Positions 13,513-23,778 of a DNA stretch of 64,000 nucleotides are shown here, piece by piece. The notes beneath the pieces were generated by a model that worked only from the letters and a program-made list of their open reading frames with translations, was not told the DNA's origin and made no database searches. Every line of letters starts with the position of its first letter. The stretch's first letter is position 1. The stretch lies in assembly GCA_963834905.1 (NCBI GenBank), contig CAWIDR010000023.1:15356-79355 (forward strand), read 5' to 3'. The translations under genes were made by a program, and so were the position numbers. Source of the stretch: an uncultured Thermoleophilia bacterium. GTDB taxonomy: Bacteria > Actinomycetota > Thermoleophilia > UBA2241.

Positions 13513-15845
13513 GTGATGGCGGAGGCGGGCACACCTCTACGCGTCCGGCAGGCGGCGGACCTGCTCGGCGTCAGCCCGGCGACGGTGCGTCGCTGGGCCG
13601 ACAGCGGCCGCCTGGTCAGCCGGCGCACCAAGGACGGAGAGCGCCGCTTCCACCTCGACGACCTCAAGGCGAGCTCGGCACCGGCCGGCGGCCGTCCTCG
13701 CCATCTCTCCAGGCCGACGCGGAGCGGCGCTACCAGCTGCTCCTCGAGACGAGCGTCGAACTGGCGTCCTCGCTCGACCTCGACGAGGTGCTGCAATCGG
13801 CCGCACGCCGCCTCGGCTCCGCGCTCGACATCCCCGACTGTGACTTCTACCGGATCGAGGACGACAGGCTCGTGTGCGTGGCGTCGAGCACCAAGGGCCG
13901 CTTCGACGGCGTCTGGACCGGTCGCGAGTTCTCCCTGCGGGACTGGCACTCGGCGCGCCTGGCGATCGAGCAGCGCCGCGCGGTCGCCTTCGACAGCGTC
14001 GACGACCCGCGCCTGACGGCGGCGGAGCGCGACTCGGCGCTCGCCTACGGCCAGCGCAGCTTTCTCGTCCTCCCGCTCATCGCCCGCGACGAGGTGATCG
14101 GCACGATCGAGCTGCTCGACCACACCGAGCGCCGCTTCACGGAGGAGGAGATCGGGGTCGCAGAAGCCGTCGCCAAGCTCGTCGCCCTCGCCATCGAGCG
14201 GGCCAAGCTGCACGACGAGGTCAAGCGACTGCACGTCGCCAACCTGCGCGCCCTGAGCTCGGCGCTGAGCGCCAAGGACTACTACACGCTCGGCCACGCC
14301 AGCCGCGTGGCCGGCTACGCCGCGCTGCTGGGACGCGAGCTGGGGTGGAACGACGAGCGCCTGACCGAGCTGCAGAACGTCGCCTTCCTGCACGACATCG
14401 GCAAGATCGGCGTCTCGGACCGCGTGCTGCTCAAGGCCGGACCGCTCACCTCGGAGGAGTGGGAGCTCGTGCGCCAGCACCCCGGCATCAGCGCCGAGAT
14501 AGCGCGACCCCTCTTCCGCGACGAACTCGTGACCGGAGTGCGGCATCACCACGAGCACTTCGACGGCGCGGGCTACCCGGACGGCCTGGCCGGCGCGGAC
14601 ATCCCCGAGGTCGCGCGCCTGCTCTGTGTGGTGGACTGCTACGACGCGATGTCCAGCGAGCGGCCGTACCGGCGCGCGCTCAGCTACCGCCAGTGCCTGG
14701 CGGAACTGCGCCGGCTCGCCGGCACGCAGTTCGACCCGGACCTGGTCGCGGCGTTCCTCAAGGCCTTGCGACGCCTGCGGCGACGCCGCGCCGAGGTGGA
14801 CCGGCTCGCCGCGCGGGCAGCGGCGCGGATCGACCCCGCGGCCCACGTCCTCCTGCGCACGCGCGCCGACGAGGCGCGTCCGGAGTACGCGGAGATGGTG
14901 ACCGCGCTGCGCGAGTTCCGCGACCAGAACCCGCCGGTGCGCTTCATCACGAGCTTCGCGACGACCGAGGAGCGCTGCATCTCCGTGCTCGACACCGGCG
15001 AGGACGAGAGCGAGGTCTCGCACGTCGGCGACCAGTGGCTGGCGCAGGACGTGCTCGCCGCCGTGCTCGCCGGCGGCAGGAGCACCGCCAACGTGCTCAA
15101 CGCCGACGACTACGGCGTCTGGGTGACGGGCACGGCCCCGCTCTGCGCCGGCGACGGGACCGTGCTCGGGGCGGTCACGGTGGACGTGCCGGCGCTCGAA
15201 TGGGCGCCGTCCCTCCAGAGCGACCAGTCACACACCCTCGCGGCCATCCTCCGGGCGGCGACCATCCGCTTCAGCAGAGCCGAGGTCGAGGCGATCACCG
15301 ACGGCCTCACCGGCCTCTACAACCACCGCTACCTGCACGAACGCCTCGAGGAGGAACTCGACCGCGCCCGCCGCTACGACGACGACGTCAGCCTGCTGTT
15401 CATCGACTGCGACGAGTTCAAGCAGTTCAACGACGCGTACGGACACAAGCTCGGCGACGGGGCCCTGGCGCGCATCGCGCGCATCCTGGAGTCGTGCAGC
15501 CGGCGCGTCGACCTGGCGGCGCGCTACGGCGGCGAGGAGTTCGTGCTCGTGCTGGTCGGCACCGACGGCGCCGGCGCGCGGACGGTCGCGGAGCGCATCC
15601 GCGCGGAGGTCAAGACCACGGGCCTCGCCGGCGGCCAGCCCCTGACCGTCAGCATCGGCATCGCCTCGTATCCGCAGGACGCCGCCGGCAAGGACGAACT
15701 GCTCGACAAGGCCGACTGGGCGATGTACGCGGCCAAGTGTGGCGGCCGCGACCTCGTCCTGTCTTTCCGCGACGAGCTCGTCGCCCGGGATTGGGTGTCG
15801 CGGAGCGGCGGCCGCGCTCCGGCGCTGCCTCGCGACCACCGCTGA
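13513..15845 (+). CDS. Multidomain c-di-GMP signalling protein: MerR-type HTH + GAF + HD-GYP phosphodiesterase + GGDEF diguanylate cyclase, 1 frameshift near 13700
   Basis: HTH: LLGVSPATVRRWADSGRL. HD-GYP: HASRVAGYA...LHDIGKIGV...HHEHFDGAGYPDGL. GGDEF: LTGLYNHRYL...RYGGEEFVLVL. Confidence 0.75.
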
Positions 15846-15863
15846 GACTCGACGCGCGCGGCG

Positions 15864-15940
15864 CCGGCGTGACGCCGGAGAGGGCGGGCGGTCGGACTGA
15901 CCGTGGGGGATCCCGCCCGCCCCATCCGGCGTCACGCCGG
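15864..15940. terminator. Long GC hairpin (bidirectional terminator candidate) between convergent genes
   Basis: CCGGCGTGACGCCGGAGAGGGCGGGCGG...CCGCCCGCCCCATCCGGCGTCACGCCGG is a near-perfect inverted repeat. Confidence 0.45.
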
Positions 15941-15951
15941 ACCTGCGCAGC

Positions 15952-15981
15952 GGCCGGCCGGGCGGGGGAGTCCGGCCGGCC
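15952..15981. terminator. Second GC hairpin, GGCCGGCCGG-N10-CCGGCCGGCC
   Basis: Perfect 10-bp inverted repeat read in the sequence. Confidence 0.45.
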
Positions 15982-16005
15982 GCTTCCTTCATGCCGGCTC
16001 TGCGC

Positions 16006-17460
16006 TCATGCCGGCAGCAGCACGGTGAACACCGAGCCTTCGCCCTCGACGCTGGTCGCCTCGAGGCGGCCGCCGGCGCGCTCCACGAGGCGTTTCACGA
16101 TCGAGAGACCCAGGCCGTTGCCCTCGAGCTCGCGCGTCTCGGCACGCTTCTCGCGGAAGAACTCATCCCAGAGCCGCGCCAGGTTCTCCTCGCGGATGCC
16201 GATGCCGGTGTCGGCCACGTCGAGGCGCAGCCAGCCGTCCGCGACGGCGCCGCGCACGGTCACCGTGCCGGCGTCGCGGTTGTACTTGACCGCGTTGCCG
16301 ACGAGGTTGCTGAGCACGAGCTTCAGGTCGTCGGGACGGATGAGCGCCGGCGGCAGGCCGGCGGCGAGCTCGGTGACCACGGTCACCCCGCGCTGGGCGC
16401 CGCGCTCGCGAGCGAGCTCCACGACCTCGTCCAGGACGGGGGCGACCGGGACGAGCTCGGGCTCCTCGCCCTCCGGCGCCTGCTCGCTGCGCGCCAGCGT
16501 CAGCAGGTCGCGGATGAGCTGGGTCAGGTTGTCGATGCGGTGGTCGGCGCGGGCGACCATCGGGATGTAGGGGTCGAGGTCCTCGCCGAGGCTCTTGTCG
16601 GTCACGACCTCGAGCAGGCCCTTGATGGAGCCGAGCGGGCTCTTGAGCTCGTGCACCATGGTGCGGATGAACTTCTGCTTCTCCATGGCCAGGCGCCGCA
16701 CCTCGCTGATGTCGCTCAGCGTGAGGATGCGGCCGCGCGCTTCGCCGCCGTCGCCGCGGAAGGTGACGATGCTGGCCATCCAGGCCTGATCGCCGAGGTC
16801 GAGCTGACGGACGGTCCGGTCCTTGGCCGGCGCCGCCAGCTGCTCGCCCAGCGGCGCCAGGGCGCCGCCGCCGAGCAGTTCCCGCGCCGGCCGCATGAGC
16901 GCCTCGTCCTCGCCGAGCTCGAGCAGTTCGAGCATGGGCGGGTTGGCGAGCACCACGTCGCCGTCGCGGTTGACCACGAGGACGGCGTCGCGCAGGGAGC
17001 TCACCAGGGAGTGCGTCTGGGTCTTCTCCTCGGCGAGGGCGAGCAGGCTCGCCTCGTGCTCGGCGCGCAGGCGGTCCGCCTCCGTGCGCGCCTTCTTGTG
17101 GCGCAGCAGCGTCTCGATGACGCCCTCGAGGTCGTCGGGGCTGAACGGCTTGGGCAGGAAGAAGTCCACGCCCTGCCGCGTCGCGGCGATCGCCGTGTCG
17201 ATGTTGGCGTAGGCCGTGATCATGCACACCATGGCTTCGCAGCCGCGCTCCTTCATGGTCCGGAGCAGGCTGAGGCCGTCGGTGTCGGGCAGGCGGTAGT
17301 CGAGCAGGGCGACGTCGTAGTCGCGCTCGTCCAGCGCCGCCAGCGCCGCCGCGCCGTCGGCGGCCTCGGCGACGTCGTAGCCCTCCATCTGGAGGATCGT
17401 GCGGATGCCGCTGCGCACGCCGTACTCGTCGTCGACGATGAGGATGCTGCCCTCGGCCAT
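16006..17460 (-). CDS. Hybrid sensor histidine kinase: N-terminal receiver (REC) + PAS + HisKA + HATPase_c
   Basis: REC: ILIVDDEYGVR...ALLDYRLPDTDG...KPF. H-box: MVHELKSPLGSI. ATPase: LSNLVGNAVKY...DTGIGI...GNGLGLSIV. Confidence 0.85.
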   Translation of the reverse strand: MAEGSILIVDDEYGVRSGIRTILQMEGYDVAEAADGAAALAALDERDYDVALLDYRLPDTDGLSLLRTMKERGCEAMVCMITAYANIDTAIAATRQGVDFFLPKPFSPDDLEGVIETLLRHKKARTEADRLRAEHEASLLALAEEKTQTHSLVSSLRDAVLVVNRDGDVVLANPPMLELLELGEDEALMRPARELLGGGALAPLGEQLAAPAKDRTVRQLDLGDQAWMASIVTFRGDGGEARGRILTLSDISEVRRLAMEKQKFIRTMVHELKSPLGSIKGLLEVVTDKSLGEDLDPYIPMVARADHRIDNLTQLIRDLLTLARSEQAPEGEEPELVPVAPVLDEVVELARERGAQRGVTVVTELAAGLPPALIRPDDLKLVLSNLVGNAVKYNRDAGTVTVRGAVADGWLRLDVADTGIGIREENLARLWDEFFREKRAETRELEGNGLGLSIVKRLVERAGGRLEATSVEGEGSVFTVLLPA

Positions 17461-17485
17461 GGTGATCTCCTCTCCCCGCCCCTCG

Positions 17486-17911
17486 TCAGACCGCGGCCGG
17501 CTCGCCGGCGGAAGTCGCCACGGCGAGCTCCTCGATCACGGCGAGCACCTGCTTGCCGGTCACCGGCTTGTCCAGGAACCGGGCCAGCCGGGACCACTCG
17601 CGCAGCCCGCCGCTCTCGCCGTCGAACCGCGTGCCGGTCTCGGCGGCGACGCCGCTCAGCATGACGAGCGGGACATGGGCAAGCCGCTCGTCCTTGCCGA
17701 TCCGGTAGCCCAGACGGAACCCGTCGTCCACGTGCTCCATCATCAGGTCGAGGAAGATGATCGCCGGGGTCTCGCGCTCGAGCAGCGCCAGCGCCTCGTC
17801 GGGGGACTCGGCGGTGAGCACGCGGTAGCCGCGCGCCTCGAGGTAGACCTGCTTGCTCTCCAGGAAGTCCCGGTCGTCGTCGACGAACAGCACGGTGGTG
17901 GGGGTGGTCAT
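17486..17911 (-). CDS. Stand-alone CheY-like receiver domain protein
   Basis: TVLFVDDDRDFL...IIFLDLMMEHVDDGF...MLSG...KP. About 141 aa with no output domain. ATG overlaps the stop of the upstream gene (ATGA). Confidence 0.8.
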   Translation of the reverse strand: MTTPTTVLFVDDDRDFLESKQVYLEARGYRVLTAESPDEALALLERETPAIIFLDLMMEHVDDGFRLGYRIGKDERLAHVPLVMLSGVAAETGTRFDGESGGLREWSRLARFLDKPVTGKQVLAVIEELAVATSAGEPAAV

Positions 17912-19969
17912 GGCGTCGCTCCCTTGTCGTCGATCAGCGCGGCCTGCCCGCCGGCGTGGGTGCTGGGAAGCTCCACGTGGAAGGTGGTGCCGCGATCCGT
18001 CTCGGTGTCGAACCAGATCGTGCCGTTGTGCATCTTGACGATGCCGTAGCTGATGGGCAGGCCGAGGCCGGTGCCCTTGCCGATGCTCTTGGTGGTGAAG
18101 AAGGGCTGGAAGACCTTGTCGCGGGCGCTCCGCGGGATGCCGGCGCCCTCGTCGCTCACGGCGATGTGGACGCGGCCGCCGTCCTCGACCTCGTGGGCGC
18201 TCACGCGCACGGTGCCGTCCCGGCCCTCCATCGCCTCGACCCCGTTCTTGACCAGGTTCACGAGCACCTGGGTCATCTGGTCGCGGTCGAGGTCGGCGCG
18301 GAGGCCGGGATCCACGTCGACCACGAGGTCGACGGTGTGCCCGGCCGGCTGCGCCGTCGCGGCGGCGGAGTCGACCGCCTGCTGCACGACGTCGTGCACG
18401 GAGGCGTTCTCGACGTGCACGCGGCTCTGCCGCGCGAAGTCGAGCAGGTTGCCGACGATCTTCTTGCAGCGCTCGCTCTCCTCGGCGACGAGGTTGAGGT
18501 CGTGGTCCAGGTCGTCGCGGTCCTTGAGCTTCTTCCCGAGGATGTGCGTGTACAGGAGGATCGTGCTGAGCGGATTGTTGAGCTCGTGGGCGACGCCGGC
18601 GGCCATCTGGCCCATGCTGGCCAGCTTCTCCGTGTTGATGATGTGGCGGTGCACGTCGCGCATCTCGCTCCACGGCACGTTGAGCTCGGCGCAGACCCGC
18701 TCGGCCTGGTCGATCATGAACGGCAGGCACATGGCGTCCTCGGCCATGCCGGAGTAGACGGCGACCGCCTTGGCGCGGCAGGTCGGGTAGCCGCAGGCGC
18801 CGCAGTTCAGTTCGTCCTCGGGGAAGAACTTGTTGGTCCTCCCGAGGATGTCGCGGATCTCGTCCTCCGTCGGCTCGGGCAGCCGCTGGTCGTCGGGCGT
18901 GTACGCCCGGCTGAGGACGAGGCCGGGGAAGTTCTCGGCGAGGCGGTCGTCCTCGGCCTCGCCGGCGGCGCTCACGGCCGCGGCCTCCGCCTCCCGGCGA
19001 CAGTCGGCCACGTACTCGCCGACGCGGCGCTTGCGCAGGAGGCCGGGCTCGGAGGAGCTGATGCCCGGCCCGCAGTAACAGCCACGGCACATGAGGGCCT
19101 CCACGAGCAGCGTCTGGCCCGTGTCGGCCTCGCTCAGGCTGTCCAGCACCTCGATGGTCTCGTCGTGGCCGCTGACCACGAGCACGTCCGGGTCGAGCAT
19201 GCCGCGGTCCATGCCGGCGGCGTCGAGCAGGCCGCCGGGCAGCGGGAACACCCGCGCCCGCCCGGCGGCCGGCGCGTCCCACTCCGCCTCCGCCGCCTTC
19301 GCGGGGTCGACGCCCCGCGCCGCCAGCAGCCGGTGGGCCTCCTGCAGCGTGAGCACCTCGTCGATCACCGGCGGCAGCTGCGGGTCGCGGGCCTCCGCCT
19401 TCTTGGCCACGCACGGGCCGATGAAGACGCAGCGCACCTCGTCGCCGTAGAGCTCCTTCACCGCCAGGGCGGTGGCGATCATCGGCGACACGATCGGCAC
19501 GAGGCGATCCACCATCTCCGGGTGGTACTTGCGCACGTACTCGGCGACGGCGGGGCACGCGGTCGCGATGTGCACGCCGGTCGGGTTCGCCTCGAGGTGC
19601 TCCGCGTAGGCGCGGCTCACGAGGTCGGCGCCCTGGGCGACCTCCACGACGTGGTCGAACCCGGCCGCCTTGAAGGCGCCGACGACCTGCCCGGCGGGCA
19701 CGTCGAAGCCCGCCGGGAACGACGGCGCCAGCAGGGCGGCCACCGGGGCGTCCTCCTCGAGCATCCAGGACGCCTGCTCGAGCCCGCTCAGGTACGCCTT
19801 GGCGTTCTGGGAGCAGACCAGCGTGCAGTTGCCGCAGGCGATGCAGCGCTCGTCGACCACGAACGCCTGGCCGTCCTCGATGCGGATCGCCTGCGCCGGG
19901 ACAGTCGCGCACGCAGGTGTAGCACCTGCGGCAGTTCTGCTTGATCGTCGTGATGATCGTGCCGCTCAT
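17908..19969 (-). CDS. Sensory [FeFe]-hydrogenase-like protein fused to a histidine kinase (HydS-type H-domain + Cx2Cx4Cx16C cluster + HisKA + HATPase_c), 1 frameshift near 19880
   Basis: N-terminal 2x[4Fe-4S] ferredoxin: CRRCYTCVRDCP, CIACGNCTLVC. H-domain motifs: ATACPAVAEY (L1 variant TACP), FIGPCVAKKAEA (L2), EALMCRGCYCGPG (L3 variant). Then CGACGYPTCRAKAVAVYSGMAEDAMC (Cx2Cx4Cx16C). HK: AHELNNPLS, LVNLVKNGVEA...DEGAGI...GTGLGLPISY. Confidence 0.8.
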
Positions 19970-19980
19970 CCGGGCTCCAG

Positions 19981-21702
19981 TCAGACCGCCGCGACCCTGT
20001 CGGGGCGGCGGTCGGTGTAGGTGCGGTGCAGCAGGCGGTGGGAGACCTCGCCCAGGGGGCGACCGAGGAGCTCCTCGTAGAGCGCCTGCACATCGGCGTT
20101 CTCGTGGGAGCGCCGGGTGCGGGAGCGCCGGTCCACTTCGTAGAGGCGCTCCAGCCGTTCCTGGACCGCCTGCGCATCGGTGTCGTAGGGCTGCCCGCCG
20201 CCGCCGATGCAGCCGCCGGGGCAGCTCATCACCTCGACGAAGTGCATGCCGGCCTCGGGATCGAGCAGGCCGTCCACGGACTCCTTGACGCGCCCGAGGC
20301 CGTTGACGACGGCCAGGTTGAGGCGGACGCCGGCGGCGGTGACGGTGAAGCGGCGCACGCCTTCGGCGCCGCGGGCCTCAGCCACCTTGGGCCCGCCCTC
20401 CAGCTCCTGGCCGGCGACGAGCAGGTACGCCGTGCGCACGGCCGCCTCCATGACGCCGCCGCTGCCGGCGAACAGCCGGCCGGCGCCGGTCGCCTCGGCG
20501 AACGGCTCGTCCAGCGGCGCCTGCTCGGTGAAGCGCGCGAACTCGACCCCGAAGCGGCCCCACAGGTGCTCGAGCTCGCGCGTGGTGAGCACGTAGTCGA
20601 CGTCGCTCTGGTCCTGCGCCTCGAACTTCTTGGCCGTGCACGGCATGAGCGAGACGACCACGAGGCGCTTGCCCGCGAGGTCCGCGTGCTTCGGGTAGAT
20701 CTCGCTGATCAGCGCGCCGGCCATCTGCTGCGGGCTCTTGCAGGTGGAGAGGTGCGGGATCAGGTCGGGCCGGTGCGTCTCGACGAAGTTCACCCAGGCC
20801 GGGGAGCAGCTGGTGAACATCGGCAGCACGCCGCCGTTCTGGATGCGGTCGAGCAGCTCGGAGCCCTCTTCCATGATGGTCAGGTCGGCGGCGAAGCCGG
20901 TGTCGAACACGGCGTCGAAGCCGATGCGCTTGAGCGCCGCCGCCAGCCGCTCGAGCATCACGCGGACGCCCTCGCTCTTGCTGTGGCCCTCGAGCAGGGT
21001 CGCCGGCACTGCCGGCGCCACCTGCGCGACCACCACGGCGTCGGGGTCGGCCAGGGCCCTGACGACGTCGTCCACCTGGTCGCGCTCCACGATCGCGCCC
21101 GTGGGGCACACGCGCGCGCACTGGCCGCAGTACACGCACTCGCTCACGTTGAGGCCGATGGCGAAGCCGGGCGCCACCTTCGTCTTGAACCCGCGCCCGG
21201 TGAAGTCGATGGCGCCGATGCCCTGCACGTCGTGGCAGATGGTCACGCAGCGGCCGCAGAGGACGCACTTGTTGGGGTCGCGCCACAGCGCCGGGGAGCT
21301 GATGTCCACCGGGTGCTGCTTGACGGCGCCGACGTAGCGGCGCTGCCGCACGCCGAGGTCGCCGGCCAGCGTGGCCAGCTCGCAGTCGCCGCCGCGCACG
21401 CAGGAGAGGCAGTCCTGCGGATGGCTCGCGATGAGCAGTTCCATGATCGCGCGCCGCGCCTTGAGCACCCGCGGCGTGTGCGTGTGCACGGCCATGCCCT
21501 CGGCCGCCTCGAGCGTGCAGCTGGTGAGCAGCCGCGGGTCGCCCTCGACCTCCACCACGCAGAGGCGGCAGGAAGCGGCCGGGCTCGGAGCCCAGTCGAG
21601 GGAGCAGAGGTGCGGGATCTCGATGCCGGCGCGGCGGGCGGCCAGGAGCACGGTCTCCCCGCGGGTCGCCTCGATCTCTTTTCCGTTGATGGTGAGCTTC
21701 AT
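19981..21702 (-). CDS. hydA: [FeFe]-hydrogenase catalytic subunit HydA (M3-type: 2Fe-2S + His-ligated 4Fe-4S + 2x4Fe-4S + H-cluster domain)
   Basis: MKLTINGKEI...CSLDWAPSPAASCRLCVVEV, HPQDCLSCVRGGDCE, CVLCGRCVTIC...CVYCGQCARVCP. H-cluster motifs: MFTSCSPAW, SLMPCTAKKFEA, VEVMSCPGGCIGGGGQP. Confidence 0.85.
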   Translation of the reverse strand: MKLTINGKEIEATRGETVLLAARRAGIEIPHLCSLDWAPSPAASCRLCVVEVEGDPRLLTSCTLEAAEGMAVHTHTPRVLKARRAIMELLIASHPQDCLSCVRGGDCELATLAGDLGVRQRRYVGAVKQHPVDISSPALWRDPNKCVLCGRCVTICHDVQGIGAIDFTGRGFKTKVAPGFAIGLNVSECVYCGQCARVCPTGAIVERDQVDDVVRALADPDAVVVAQVAPAVPATLLEGHSKSEGVRVMLERLAAALKRIGFDAVFDTGFAADLTIMEEGSELLDRIQNGGVLPMFTSCSPAWVNFVETHRPDLIPHLSTCKSPQQMAGALISEIYPKHADLAGKRLVVVSLMPCTAKKFEAQDQSDVDYVLTTRELEHLWGRFGVEFARFTEQAPLDEPFAEATGAGRLFAGSGGVMEAAVRTAYLLVAGQELEGGPKVAEARGAEGVRRFTVTAAGVRLNLAVVNGLGRVKESVDGLLDPEAGMHFVEVMSCPGGCIGGGGQPYDTDAQAVQERLERLYEVDRRSRTRRSHENADVQALYEELLGRPLGEVSHRLLHRTYTDRRPDRVAAV

Positions 21703-21713
21703 GGTCGTTCCTC

Positions 21714-23709
21714 TCAGGCGACGGCCAGGACGGCCTGCTTGGGGCAGGAGTCGGCGCAGGCGCCGCAGCCGGTGCAGCGGTCGACGATGATGGAGTGGGC
21801 GAACTTGCGCTTGCCGAGGATCGCGCCGCTCGGGCAGTTCTTGGCGCAGAGGGCGCAGCCGGTGCAGAGCTCGGGGTCGATGTCGAAGACGCGGAGCCCC
21901 GTGCAGGCGCCGGCCGGGCAGGCGCTCTCCATGACGTGGGCCTCGTATTCGTCGCGGAAGAACCGCAGGGTGCTGAGCACCGGGTTCGCCGCGGACTGGC
22001 CGAGGCCGCAGAGAGAAGTGTCCTTGACGATCTCGGCGAGCTCCTCGAGGTGAAGGATGCCGCGGAACCGCTCGAGGCGGCGCAGGTCGTCGCCGACCGG
22101 CCGCTCGGTGAGCTCGGCCAGGATCTCGTACATGCGCGTCGTGCCTTCGCGGCAGGGGGTGCACTTGCCGCAGCTCTCGTTGCGGATGAACTCCATGAAG
22201 AACTTGGCCACGTCGACCATGCAGGTGCGCTCGTCCATGACGACCATGCCGCCGGAGCCCATCATCGCGCCGAGCTCCTGCAGCGTGCCGTAGTCGGTCG
22301 CCACGTCGAGGTGCGCGTCGGGGATGCAGCCGCCGCTGGGGCCGCCGATCTGCACGGCCTTGATGTGGTGGCCGGCCGGGGCGCCGCCGCCGATGTCGTA
22401 GACGACCTCGCGCAGCGGGATGCCCACCGGGACCTCCACGAGGCCGGTGTTCCGCACGCGGCCGGAGAGGGCGAAGACCTTGGTGCCGGCCGCGTCGCCG
22501 TAGCCCAGATCGCGGAACCACTCGGCGCCCTTGTCGATGCACCGCCGGCACGTTGGCCAGCGTCTCGACGTTGTTGAGCACGGTCGGGCAGCCGTGGAGG
22601 CCGGAGACCGCGGGATACGGCGGGCGGGGACGGGGCATGCCGCGCCCGCCCTCGATGCTGGCCAGGATCGCCGTCTCCTCGCCGCAGACGAAGGCGCCGG
22701 CGCCCATCTTGATGGTGATGTCGAAGTCGACGAGCGTGCCGAGGATGTTGCTGCCGAGCAGCCCCGCGGCGCGGCACTGGCGGATCGCCTCGCTGAGGCG
22801 CTCGATCGCCAGCGGGTACTCGGCGCGGCAGTAGACGTAGCCCTTCGTCGCGCCGATCGCGTAGGCGGCGATGAGCATGCCCTCGACGATGCGGAACGGG
22901 TCGCTCTCGAGCACGGCGCGGTCCATGAACGCGCCGGGGTCGCCCTCGTCGGCGTTGCAGATGAGGTACTTCTGGCTGCGCGCCTGGTCGTGGGCGACCT
23001 TCCACTTCCGGCCGGTCGGGAAGCCGGCGCCGCCGCGGCCGCGCAGGCCGGAGGCGATGACCTCGTCGCAGACCTCGGCCGGGGTCATCGTCGCCAGCGC
23101 CCTGGCGGCGGCGCGGAAGCCGCCGGCGGCCAGCGCCGCGTCCAGGCTGGCCGGGTCGATGACGCCGCAGTTGGCGAGCACGACCTTGGTCTGCCGGGCG
23201 AAGAACGGCGTCTCGCCGATCGGCTTGACGCCGCGGTACAGGTCGTCGGGGTCGTCATAGCGGCCGAGCAGGAAGCGGTTGTGCAGCTGCCCGTCACCGA
23301 ACACGGTCTGGAGGAACTCGTCGATCGTCTCCGGGCCCAGGTCGCAGTAGCTGAGCCGCACGCCGTCGGCGGTCATCAGGTCGACGAAGACCTCGCGCTG
23401 GCAGTAGCCCACGCAGCCGGTCTCGACGATCGGCACGCGCAGGCCGCGCCGCTCGAAGTAGGCGTTCATCTTCTCGATGACGGTGAGCGCGCCGTTGGCG
23501 CGCCCGCAGGTGCCGGCGCCGACGGAGAGGATCATCCCGTCGCCGCCGCGGCGGGCGCGCTCGAGGCGCGCCGCCCGCTCCTGCCGGCAGGCGTCGTCGT
23601 CGTGGCAGATCGGTCCGTGGTCCACGCAGGCGATCGCGTCGGCGCAGGGGGTCGCCGCGGTGTGCCGGCAGCGCGTGCAGCACGGGGTCATGAGCTGGCT
23701 GTGGTTCAT
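21714..23709 (-). CDS. hydB: NuoF-like NAD(P)H-binding flavoprotein subunit of the hydrogenase (HydB/HndC), with N-terminal thioredoxin-like [2Fe-2S] domain and C-terminal 2x[4Fe-4S], 1 indel near 22530
   Basis: [73 protein letters not shown]...[12 protein letters not shown]. Confidence 0.85.
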
Positions 23710-23778
23710 GCTCGTCTCGATTCTCTGTGGTCCATGGCTCTGGTCACGCCGTCCCTCTCGGCCCCTCCGGGCCGGCCC

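Noticed and set aside
13377-16570. Long ORFs 13377-15023 (-) and 13874-16570 (+)
   Set aside because: They are alternative-frame and antisense artefacts overlapping the well-supported HTH-GAF-HD-GYP-GGDEF gene and the hybrid kinase. Their translations are Arg/Ala/Gly-rich nonsense.
19981-23709. A single 1242-aa NuoF-HydA fusion protein suggested by the ORF track
   Set aside because: The true hydB frame ends with a stop at 21714 after ...[10 protein letters not shown]. hydA has its own RBS and ATG at 21702. The apparent fusion arises because an indel near 22530 throws the hydB N-terminal frame into an open junk frame that happens to run into hydA.
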